From: Trichosphaerium sp. ATCC 40318 | Taxonomy: Eukaryota > Protista > Tubulinea | Direction of reading: 5' to 3' | Length of the DNA stretch: 64,000 nt | NCBI GenBank assembly: GCA_038496445.1 | Contig: JALMLS010000204.1 | Span: forward strand, 186,001-250,000 | In this document: in pieces, positions 10,688-26,406 of the stretch | Position numbering within the stretch: the first letter of the stretch is position 1 | How the letters are laid out: each line of letters begins with the position of its first letter | Notes under the pieces: generated by a model | What the model saw: only the letters and a program-made list of their open reading frames with translations | Told to the model about the DNA's origin: nothing | Database searches by the model: none | Position numbers and translations under genes: made by a program

Positions 10688-13600
10688 ATGCACGCGACTT
10701 CCTACTGGTGTTTTGCCATTCTAGGCCTCGCCCTCTTTGTGTCATTGGCACTGTCGGCTTCAAACGCCAACCCAGTGACTGTATTCTCGTGTAACGCCAC
10801 CGCAACAAACTGGGGATGTGAAGAATCAGAGTACAGGCTGAAGACAGTGACGAGAAGTGGCCTGAAAGTCCAAGTGCCTAACAGGCTAAGATGTGAAACA
10901 GTCCCATCGCCACTTATGCCTTGGGCTTTAAGGACACAAAGAACGGATGATTATGTTATATTCGCTGGTGAAAGAGCTTCACCACAAACATCGTATGTCC
11001 CTGGTAGTATTGTAGATATTACACTTAGGGTAACGAAGTACAACGCAAAATACCGCGGGCTGATGATGTACGTATCGCAGCTTATTCTTTCAAATCGAAC
11101 CGATTGATTTTTTTTTTTGGTTTTCGTTCTCATTTTTTTTCGCGAACAGGTACGCTGAAGATGCTGATCAAAATCACGTTGGTGAGTGGAAGATTTCGGA
11201 CGAGTTTCCAGGTATGTACCTTTTGGAAGAAATTAAAACCACTTTTTTTTTTTGGCACGTGATAACCCCACGTTTATCTTGTTTCTGACTTTTTTGAATT
11301 TTAGCTTTTTTCAATACTCCTTGGTCTGCAAACCATAGTTGTAGACACACAGTAATGCACACAAGCGCAGTTCTAAAACCTCTACGAACAACATTCACTT
11401 TTGTCGCTCCTCCAAAAGGAACAGGCACAATATGGTTCAGAGCTCTTATCAAACGCGGTGATGCAAACACTGGAGACTTTTGGTGGCCAAACATTGACGA
11501 AGATTTCTCCATGACCGAATCTAGCGATCCTTCTCCTACAAACAACGGATGGTTCCAATCTGAGGTACGCAACATAAGCGAGTGCCTGTAACCATGTTAC
11601 TGACAATCCACAGCTTGGACAATCATGTACTGAAAGATGTGACGAAGAAGGCCTTCTTTGTGATATGGTATCAATGGAACGTGTCAATAGTATAAGTCGT
11701 ATAAATGAAGAACTAAGACAATCCGGATTCATATGCAGAAAGCCGTACTTGAGCGGATGCAGCTCCACAGGAACATCTCAAAGTATTGATGGCTTCTGTT
11801 ACTTTGATGATACACGTTGTGAAACCCAAAATAGAATTAACGACCGCGTATCTTGTGACACCAACAGCACAGATCCAGATGATGGGTACGTCTTTCATAG
11901 CAATACCCTATACATTCTAACACCTTGAAGCCTTCGTTTCTGTAAATGCCTTACATCTACACTTGCTCCTGTACAACCAGAAGAAACATTAGTCCCACCA
12001 ACGCCAGGACCAACACCGTTTATCCTACCACCTCTACCAGTGGAAGAGCAAACAGCAGCTTCATCTAGATCTTCCGCTTCTCTCCTTATCACGTGCTTAT
12101 CAATCCTCGGAGTTTCATTCTTTACCGGTCGTGGAAGCTCAAGCACTCAGTTCTTTCTCTTGGTTATCGTGATCGCCTTGGTAGCTATCCCAGCACCTAT
12201 TCAAGGCCACAACTGGATGTTCAGTACCAGTAGACGAACATACGCAAGTACAGAAACACCTTGCCCTCCAAAGATTCAAGACGCTCCTCACGTCCAAGTC
12301 GGTCCTGGTCAGTACTTTGAACTCGAATGGGCTTGCGGTCACAACGATTGGTCTTATTTCGTTGTTGTTCATGAAAAATACGAAGATAAGTTGAAGCTTC
12401 ATACAAAGAGTCTTATGCTTCAATACTTCGACGAAGCACCTGCCAATAAAGTAAGTTCAATACCAATATATCACAGGCAGTTCAGACAGAGGAATGATTT
12501 CCAGACAGCAGCTTATACAAAGTACTATGGAGCAGAAATAAAGGAAGATATGAACAACTTTATTCCTCGACCTGAAGCATTTGGTTCATGGAGAGACGAC
12601 GCTACATTACTACCTTACAAAGACGAATACCACAACGACAACTATGCAGAGTATGAGAACCCTGAAATGCCATGGATCGAGTCTATATTGAGAGCAGAGC
12701 ATCTAATCAGCAGACCTTCTGATGCTGATGTTGCTAAAATTAAAATACCAGGACGTGCTGGTACTGGTAGATACATTGTTCACTGGATATGGAGAGGATA
12801 CCGTGATTGTACTGATGTAGATTATGTAGCTAATCAAGTTGAACATATCTACGGTTTCAAAGAAGATTCGCCTTCATTCACGTGCGTACAAAGATATTTT
12901 CTCTTCTATTTTTTTTCACAACAGTTTTTTGAAAACACGTTTTGTCTGCTGTAGTTGTTTACTTGATACTTACGTTACATGTAGGCGTGTTGATCACTGT
13001 TACTTCCCAAATTACAATAGCGCCCGTACTTGCTCTAGAATCTACGATGACTTCGCTTACTGCGCAAGACATTGTCCTCCATCTTCTACTTCTTGCGCTG
13101 GTGTCGCAGTAATGCCTCTTACAGTAGCCCATAATCCTTACTTCCAAGAATCCGGAATTGTAGATCCTGGATGCTACAGCCACTTTAACTTCACGACTCT
13201 CACTGATCCAGCTGATCAAGTCTATGTCTGCTTCGCTGTAAACGGACGTATTCCTTCAGATACATTCGGCGTAAACGAAATAGTATACGAAGATGACCCG
13301 GCATACCATGCAACATGTTACATGAAGAACTCCGGAAGAACATTCCCAGGATACGTACCACCAAACGAGAAGAAAGTCAGCTGGAAACACGGAGAGAAAT
13401 GCATTGATTGCCATGCCGTTAACTTGAACAAGAATCTATCACGTGTTCCTATATGGCCATTATCAGAAGATTGTATCAACTGCGACAGAGAGCCAGTAAC
13501 AACAGAACCAGTACTAAAACCTGCGTTGGTTGACAAGGTTTTGAATCATTCATGTGACGGAGTTAGAGGATCATGGAAGAACCTTGGAGGAGGTCAGAGA

Positions 13601-13885
13601 CATCACGACTGTAATGGCACTACACACCAACAGTGTCATAAATTGCTTCATATGAACGGAAGGAAGGAGAACCAATTATTCGAAAACGAATGCGCTATTG
13701 TTGCTTCTAAGGATCCTGATTGTACTGATAAGATTACAACTGTTAGAGGTTATATTACATTTGGTACAAGAAGGACAGTTTATTGCTACTGTCAAACGAA
13801 GTTAGAGTGTTGTAATGGATGCTCTCTTGTTGATAAGAGGTCAACTTCTTGGAACGCATTCACTATTGAAACGCCAATAAATTAA
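10688..13885 (+). CDS. Secreted/membrane polyprotein: signal peptide - Reeler domain - Cys-rich module - Pro-rich stalk - TM - internal signal peptide - His-first LPMO/His-brace-like domain - Cys-rich C-terminal domains
   Basis: Introns at about 11069-11149, 11212-11305, 11565-11613, 11886-11930 and 12882-12984 join ORFs 10688, 11355, 11665, 12040 and 12839. Reeler-like SYVPGSIVDITL..YRGLMMYA..VGEW..FTFVAPPKGTGTIWFRALI. Second part begins IQG|HNWMFS and contains EWACGH and GRYIVHWIWRGYRDCTDVD. Confidence 0.8.
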
Positions 13886-14262
13886 ACACAGCACAGAAAA
13901 GACATCATTGCAAATCAAAATAAAAGCACTTTACACACAATAAGAGTTTTTTGTTAAATCAATCTTCTGTTCCCCAACCTCAGCGATACCAACTAACCTT
14001 TTTCGTCTTCACCGTTAACATATCCTTCTACAGATGACGTACGCCTAGGACTAAATCTATTTTGCTATTCCTAAGATTGTGAACAAATGCGTTCCTTGGC
14101 AAACGTACCAGCTGCATTAATTCAGCTTTTAGGAATCGTGTCAGACTTGTAATAGATGGTTCTTACTTTAAAGCAAAGAACCTGTTTGAATAGAGTGGAC
14201 CTGAGCGTCAAAGGCAGTTGAGAAAAGCGGTTAACCGTCTCCAAAGCGAGAAGCTTTAAACA

Positions 14263-16596
14263 ATGCGTATCATACTGATTCTATTAACGCTTGCGGTATT
14301 GTCAATTTATGCCCAAAAGCCTCCAAAACCGCACGTGGTCTTCCTTTTAATAGACGATTACGGTTGGGCAAATGTTGGTTACCACAGGTACGTATAAATA
14401 TTTTGTTAACGTTGTATCTTGCGTGGCTGGTGACCAAACGTTGTCAATATTTTTTAATTAATAATACAAGCAAAAACCTTTCTTGATCACCTTTTTTTCA
14501 AGGCTAAATACACTCAAACTAATAGGGACCCACCTACTGAAGAGGTTCAAACACCAAATATTGATGCATTAGTGGCTGAAGGCATAGAATTAGATAGACA
14601 CTACGTATTCAAGGCATGTTACTTTCACCCTACTTTTCCGATTTCTTTTTCGCACGTGATTGTCTTTATTATTTGCTTTTTTTAACCAACTGATATAGTA
14701 CTGCTCTCCAACTCGTTCTGCTATACAATCAGGAAGAAATCCTATCCACGTCAATGTGTTAAATATCCCACCAACCTACTACAATGCCAGCGATCCTGTT
14801 TCTGGTTTTCAAGGCATTCCAAGGAACATGACAGGTATTGCTGAAAAGATGAAGAGTGCTGGTTATGCTACTCATATGGCAGGCAAATGGTAAGGAACAA
14901 GTATATTAGTGTCATAATGATCGATCCTAGGGACGCCGGCATGGTACCGTTTTTAAAGAGGGTGAAGATTCTCGATTTAAGTTATTTTCATATAGGCGAC
15001 ACCTGACCATTCTCCTCTTGGGAGAGGATACCAAACAAGTCTTCATTACTTTCACCACGAAAACGACTACTGGACGTACGTTCACATAATTGAGCTAGCT
15101 AAAGAAACACCTACTTGATTTGATTTCTGGCTTGTTCCTTATGTTACTACAAGGTACTATGTTGCTCGGTGTTCACAAGAAAATATTGTAGATCTATGGC
15201 ATACTGATGAGCCAGCAAAGTCACTTACTAATCCAAAAACGTGCAGTCAGGAAAATCAAGCAAGTGACTGCGTTTATGAAGATGAGTTATTTGAACAATA
15301 TGTTTTTGATGTTTTGGATAACCATGATCCTTCGACCCCTCTCTTCCTCTTCTGGGCACCTCACTCTATTCATACTCCGCTAGAGGTACAATCACTATAA
15401 CATTGTTACTAACATATTTAAGGTACCTAAAGAGTATGTAGACAAGTTCTCATTTATTGACAACAAATCACGACGAATGTATCATGTAAGATCCTTTTTG
15501 TGTGAGACAGCTTTTTTTATGACTTTTAACTTAGGCTATGGTGAACTTTATTGATTCACGTATTGGCATGATTGTAAACAAGTTGAAGGAAAAAGGCATG
15601 TACGAAGATACATTGATTGTAATGTCAGCAGATAACGGAGGTCCAATTTATGGCAATGGTATTGTGGTTTACTTTTCAGACTGAGATGTTTGTTAACCTT
15701 ACAAGGTACTTCTGGAGGAAATAATTGGCCATTACGAGGTGGAAAGGTGAGTAACTTTGAAGGAGGCGTAAGAGTCAACGCTTTTGCTTCTGGAGGTCTA
15801 GTACGTAAACGAAAATGATGTAGTCTTCAGTTGTTTTTTTTTACATACCAAACTAGATTCCAAAAGAACGGCGAGGAACTAAGGAAGAAGGGTATATCTG
15901 TGGATGGGATTGGTATGCTACGTTCTGTGCTATAGCAGGTGTTGATCCAACTGATGAAAAAGCTGCTAAAGGTAATGCAATCATAAAAATTCACTTAAAG
16001 TCTTCTCTAAGGTTTCGCTAGCAAAATTACCTCCAATTGACTCTCTCAACATGTGGCCTCTTTTATCTGGACAGACGAAGACAAGTCCACGTAACATAAT
16101 TCCCCTGGGAAGTCCAGATCCTCCTGAAGAGAGAATGAGTGTCGTACCTACAATAGTGAATGGAATAATAGTAGGTGAATGGAAGGTAAACGCTACATGC
16201 AAAGTAAATGGACTAAACAATTAACAGCTCCTTGTTGGTAATATATCTCAAGATTCTTGGACCGGTCCACGGTACCCTAATGTTACTACAAATTGGGAAT
16301 CAACAGCTCATCATCTGTCTTGTGGAACAGGTGGTTGCCTATTCAACATTAAGAATGGTAAGAGAAGCTTGTCAAGGCCATGTGAAGTTGGTTGTCATTA
16401 ACTTTGTTTCTTATTAGATCCAACTGAACACGTGAATTTGGCAAGTCAGGAACCTACAATACTTGCTGAACTACACACTCATTTGAAAACAGCTCAAGCA
16501 TCAGTTTTTAGCCCTCATAGAGGAACTATATCACCAAAAGCATGTGAAGACGCTATCAACAAGTACAACGGATATTGGGGACCTTTTGTTGAATAA
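14263..16596 (+). CDS. Secreted arylsulfatase B-like (S1, formylglycine-dependent) sulfatase, multi-exon
   Basis: Signal peptide, then KPHVVFLLIDDYGW, TPNIDAL, YCSPTRSAIQSGR (CxPxR), GKWDAG, SADNGG, NNWPLRGGKVSNFEGGVRV and DPTEHVNLA. Stop TAA 16594-16596. Confidence 0.92.
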
Positions 16597-16743
16597 ACAG
16601 TTATTTCATAGTTTACTGCTATACAAACACATGATGTCAATATTCGGAGTCCTAGATGCAGTGGTTAGTATGTACACTGCTATTACATAGTATGCAGATT
16701 TCGCTTGAAAGCCACGCTGAAAAAAGGCAAAAACCGTGTTTAT

Positions 16744-17611
16744 TTAACCCCTTAGTGTTGTCATTTGTTCTCCGCCTGACCACGAATATTCACCTTTTCC
16801 ACTACATAAATTATTCTCAAATATTCCTATGTATCTTGAACCATTAGGCCATTTAATATCTCCAAACGTCATGTCATTATTCACAAAAGTACCAAAGAAA
16901 TTTTGTCCATCAGGCCACACCTTACACAAAATTAATTCACGTGATTACCATTATTTATGTCATGTTTACCTTTGTACCAATCCCACTTATTTTATCGTTT
17001 CTGAAGTATCCCGTATACCGACTTCCATCGGAGAGCTTAGCTGCTCCTAATCCGCTTATCTTACCATCAATGAATTGTCCTATAAACTCAGTTCCATCTG
17101 GCCACTTCTTACAGCCTTTACCATTCATACGGCCATTCTTAAACTCTCCGATATATTTCTCTCCACTAGGCCATGTATATTCACCTCTGTGACTCATCTT
17201 ACCATCCTCAAAGGATCCAACATACATGCCACCATTTGGAAACGTTTTAGTTCCAACAACAATTTTTCCATTCCGGAATTGACCACAACATTTTGTACCA
17301 TCTGCCCATTCTTTGCTTCCAAAACCTTCTACTTTGTCGTCTTTAAACTCTCCGGTATAACGAGAACCATTTAACCAAGTCCTTATTCCATTTCCATTAA
17401 ACTTATCGTTCTTAAAGCGCCCTTCATACGACTCCCCATTGGGCCATTTGTAAACACCATATCCATTAAATGCATCGTTTCTAAATTCTCCTTCGTAAGT
17501 CTCTCCGTTGCTCCATTTGAATAGTCCTCTTCCATGCATTTTACCATCTAAAAAGCCTCCGATGTAGCAATCATCAGCAAACCAAGTCTTCTCCGGAATG
17601 TCAGTGCTCAT
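16744..17611 (-). CDS. MORN-repeat protein (about 11 repeats), one intron 16921-16969
   Basis: Repeated YxGxFxNxKxxGxGxxxWxxG units. Splicing AAG|gtaaac...gtaag|GTG joins the two ORFs. Confidence 0.88.
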
Positions 17612-17912
17612 GTGGCTGTTTCGTTTGCGCTTAAAAATTATGATAACAAACTAGCTGCAGTATCCTATGTGTACTGGAATTGTTTAGCACGTGCACAAAA
17701 TTAGAAGTTGTAGACAAGATGTTAAAGCACTTTTTTTAGTGGCAGTCTGTTGAGTGTGGGAGAAACCAAACAAACAGCAAAACTCCGGTGCGAGTAAATA
17801 GATGCCAGAGTAGACGAAAGTTGACTGATTCCGTTTTCAGTTGGTTCTGCCTCAAACAGATGTGGTGTACGCAATACAACACAATGGGGAAAGCATTTGT
17901 TATCTCAACGGA

Positions 17913-19139
17913 ATGACAACAAACAATATTAGGACGCCAAAAAAACAACAAATACATTCTTCCAAGCAAATTTCAGTCAATGATCTACCTCCAGAGATGT
18001 TGACGCATGTTCTAAGCTATTTAAACAAAGAACAGCGTATAGAAGTGACTACAGTCTGTCACGAGTTTAATGAAGTCATTCGTCATAATATTGGATTTAA
18101 TACCATCACCATAAAAGAAAAATCAGATTGTCTTGTTCTAAAAGACAGTCCGTTGCTAAAAAACACCAAACTCATTGTCAATCATGGACAAATGTTTTAC
18201 TTGGAGGAACTCAAACTATCAGAGACTGAGATGGGTTATCTTCGTGGTGTTCATACCATAGATGTTTACAAGGCTGTAATAGACGATAAAGGTATTCTGG
18301 CACTCGTTGAAGGAGGACAACATATCCACAATATCACGTTAGGTGGAGGCACAACAGATATTTCATTGAAGGCTCTCAAGTCAGTACATACAATCGATAT
18401 TTGTGGTTGTAGGAATATTACTATTGAAGGGATAAAAGCACTTAAAGATGTACATGAGATAACACTCAGCAAACCAGAACCTGGATGGTTAGAACAACTT
18501 GGTAATGTGCACAAAGTTTGTTTATATCCAGGATCTGTTATTGGCGAAGATCAAGCCAAATCGTTAATCAAAACCAAACACTTGGCTTTACATTATACAA
18601 AGATAAAAGAAAACGTGTTTATACATTTAACCAATCTGGAGTGCATTGAAATCACATCTAGTATGACTTCAGACTCAGGGTTAAAGCATTTGGTGAATCT
18701 CACAAAACTCAAACTTAATGATTGCCTAGAGGTGACAGGTTCATGTTTTGAGCACTTGGTCAAACTTAAACATGTTACACTTAAATCATGTTGGAAGCTC
18801 GACAGCTGTAGTTTACAGCACTTGACAAATGTTGATCACCTCAACCTAATCATGTCCCCTGTTAAAGATATGGGCCTTCAGCACTTGGGTCATTTGAAGC
18901 GCCTCACACTCTCACGTTGTGGCTACATTAATGGACCAGGTTTACTGTATTTGGTTAACCTTGAGTACCTTAACCTTCGACATTGTGAAATGGTTTTACC
19001 TGGACATTTGAAGCACTTGACTTCTCTCCAGTACTTAGAGGTTAGCCAAAATGAAGCCAAAGTCTTTAAGAAGCAGGCTGAAGAACTGGGCGCTGTTTTA
19101 TTTGTAACATACAGTGACGATAACATATACTCTTTCTAA
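17913..19139 (+). CDS. Intronless F-box + leucine-rich-repeat protein
   Basis: F-box INDLPPEMLTHVLSYL-type motif (VNDLPPEMLTHVLSYL..VTTVCHEFNEV). LRRs such as GVHTIDV and LKHLVNLTKLKLNDCLEVT. First ATG at 17913. Confidence 0.88.
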   Translation: MTTNNIRTPKKQQIHSSKQISVNDLPPEMLTHVLSYLNKEQRIEVTTVCHEFNEVIRHNIGFNTITIKEKSDCLVLKDSPLLKNTKLIVNHGQMFYLEELKLSETEMGYLRGVHTIDVYKAVIDDKGILALVEGGQHIHNITLGGGTTDISLKALKSVHTIDICGCRNITIEGIKALKDVHEITLSKPEPGWLEQLGNVHKVCLYPGSVIGEDQAKSLIKTKHLALHYTKIKENVFIHLTNLECIEITSSMTSDSGLKHLVNLTKLKLNDCLEVTGSCFEHLVKLKHVTLKSCWKLDSCSLQHLTNVDHLNLIMSPVKDMGLQHLGHLKRLTLSRCGYINGPGLLYLVNLEYLNLRHCEMVLPGHLKHLTSLQYLEVSQNEAKVFKKQAEELGAVLFVTYSDDNIYSF

Positions 19140-19558
19140 TAAATCTATCAATAACTGCCTTCCAACCCTCTGATTGTTTGCACAACTATTCACCAAACTT
19201 TTTCTTAAACAGCAGGCCTAAGTCTAAAAAGATAAAAAAAATAGAAAACAGACTTTAGTGTAAGTTGTCGTTCAGTGCTTTTATCAAACATGTTACCATC
19301 CCCTCCGTTAGGCTATAGTACAGTGATATCTTTTCGCAGTTTACTGGTAACAAAATTAGGCTTCAATTGATTTGGACGCAGTTAACTATGGAGTCACGTG
19401 TAACTTTACCAAATGGTGCCATTGTTGATTAGACTCTATGCCCATTTGTGTCAAATTTGTACACAGTTCACTCAAGCTTTTAAGCAAACGTATAAAACAA
19501 AACAAGATAAAAACGTGATCAAACGTAGGTTTAACCATACACGTAAACAGTTATAAAT

Positions 19559-23983
<4,425 letters not shown>

Positions 23984-24220
23984 CCAGTCACATTTCATTC
24001 ATTTTAAACAAATATACTCAATCTACTTCGCAAGTTGTCTGCCAATATGAACACTAATATAGCAGCAGTAGTTGATGTTTGTGTGCAATAGTTTATTTAA
24101 CAAACACCCTTCACAACATTTATTAGTTTGCTTTGCCAAAGTTAAAAGGCGTGAATCCACAGTACCTATAGTTCTGTTTTAAAAACAACTCATGTAAAAA
24201 ACAGGATATAAAAAAGAGGG

Positions 24221-25862
24221 TCAGTACCAGTCAAATTCGTATATATGCTTCTTTTGTGTCCATTTTGCACGCCATCCTGTCAACAATTGTGGTGCTATTG
24301 ATAGAGGTTCTAACTCAAATGGAGGTCTACGGGTGCTTTCTTTTTTGTTGTTAATGGCGTCTATAAACTTCTTGTGGGGTACTTCATTGAAGCCAAGTTG
24401 ATTTGTAAGCATAGCGCTCCTTTGAACAAGTAAGAATAAAATAGGAAAAAACAGTTGCTGTAGCACGTACTTTAACGCTTCCCAGAAGAAGGGAATTAAA
24501 GGTATATTTTGAATACAGCGAACATTGGTATTAATTATTTCCCAAGTCTTTGAAGGAGAAATATCTTTGACGATGTCTGTTATTTGTGCAGAGAATTTTG
24601 CTACATCCTTTTTCCCTAATGATAATTCCAAAATGAAATCATATTTTAGTTTTGTCGCGAATTCCTTGTCAGCTACTGTATCTATGATGACTTTAAGATG
24701 GTGAAGAGAATAAACATGCTGTGAGAATAATCTTCCTATACATCTACCATCACCTGCTTGAGCATCGAGTTCTTTAAGGTCAGTTATTGTGAATTTACTC
24801 AATACTGGAAAAACAGATGCGATGATCTCTTTGTTTAGTTCAACAGATGTTCCTCCATGTGATAAATATCTCTTTAGGTATTCTTTAGCTACTATGATTC
24901 CTGAATGTTCATCAATGAGACTAAGTGTTCTGAACGCTTTTACATTTAATGTATAGCTATTATTTCTCAGTGTTTTGTCATTTGATACAGTTCCTCGAAT
25001 AATTATTATTCCATTGGAGTTAATGTCAAAGGCTTGTTCTGTTACTTTTCGATCTCCACGCTGAACTAGCCGTTTACCAACATTGCTCTTTTTTATTGTA
25101 CCAAACCACTCTTTGTTGCATTAGACAATAATTAACTCACATAGATAAAAACACGTACTTCCTGCGAAAGCATATTTTATTGCCTTTGAATCGAATTTAG
25201 CAGGCCAACAGTTATGTATCAAACTGTTATCAACACTACACCCCTCAAGCTGTAGCACGCGAGTTATATTTTTTATAAGAGGCAGACTTAAGTCTAGGTA
25301 ATCACAACAAGCCAAGGCTTCGTGTAGCTAAAAAAAACCAATTAACAAACAAAGCGCAATTACAATTAAAGCCAGACCAAACAAGAGGTATGTAACCCTC
25401 CTATGGTTGTACTACTATATTGAAACAAACTTACAAAGTAAATAGATAATGTTCACGTGATTAATATTGAGCGTTTTTAGTGTTAAAGAATGTTGAAAAA
25501 AAGACGAAATTTCCAAAAGAAATCTCAGCTTATTTTGAACAGTATTGCAAAACGGAAATCTTGGACCGTAAACCGCTCCTTAGTGTTGTTTCGCCACTAA
25601 ATTATCTACGCACAGTTCTTATGTACTTCTCACGTTGTTCCTGGGATAATTCGCAAAAGCTGTCATAAATTAGAGCTATTGGTTCCTCGTAGTTCCTTAC
25701 AAGCCATTTAAACCCGTCCGAGTGCATCAAAACTATTAAATTATCATCATTTGTTTCTCCACTATCGATTTGCTCCAGCTGAGCTGTCAGCACTGTGCTT
25801 AGAGAAACAAACTCGCGTGATACATTTATCTTGTCACTGCCACCTACAATCGCTTGCAACAT
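24221..25862 (-). CDS. Skp1/BTB-POZ-like N-terminus + unknown C-terminal region (about 3 exons)
   Basis: Exon 1 MLQAIVGGSDKINVSREFVSLSTVLTAQL..IVLMHSDGFKWLV. Intron ACT|gtgcgt...ttttag. Exon 2 LHEALACCDYLDL. After a second intron, a long open exon runs from about 25110 to TGA at 24221. Confidence 0.6.
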
Positions 25863-26406
25863 AGTTATTTTTTACCAGCAATGTACTAAATCAGTGAAAC
25901 GACAGCTTCTTAAGTGGTACTCAGTTCTTGGGAGTGTACGCATTTAAACCTTTACAACGTTCGCTAACACGCCAATACATCCATTTTCAGATAACCTTGC
26001 TCTTATACAAGGTTGCATAGACGATAATGATGAATGATCCAATACTTCGAAATGCTTAATTCGAACTTTTTTTGAATTCTACAAGTAGGTATTGACTTTG
26101 CAAACTCAAGTAGCTTTAAACGTCTTTTAATAGAACGTAAAGTACCACATGATACTGCACAAGGTGAATCAAAAAAAGTTGTAGTCAAAATTTAAAGTGA
26201 ATAGTTAAAGGTAAAGGCTGTTGAACTACAAGGACAAACGCTTAAAGTTCGGCTCATTGTAAAATGTGAGAATGCTGATGAAACTAAAGCAACGAAAACA
26301 GTATATGAGGGATAATATATTATTATTACGTAGAAGTACAATTAATTTTTCGGGTTTTTTTTTTCACAGGTTTATACATTTTCTTCTTTTTTTCTTCTTC
26401 TTCAAA

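Noticed and set aside
12040-12954. ORF 12040-12954 as an independent gene
   Set aside because: Its listed start is GTG, the frame is open back to the acceptor at 11930, and no ATG precedes the hydrophobic segments.
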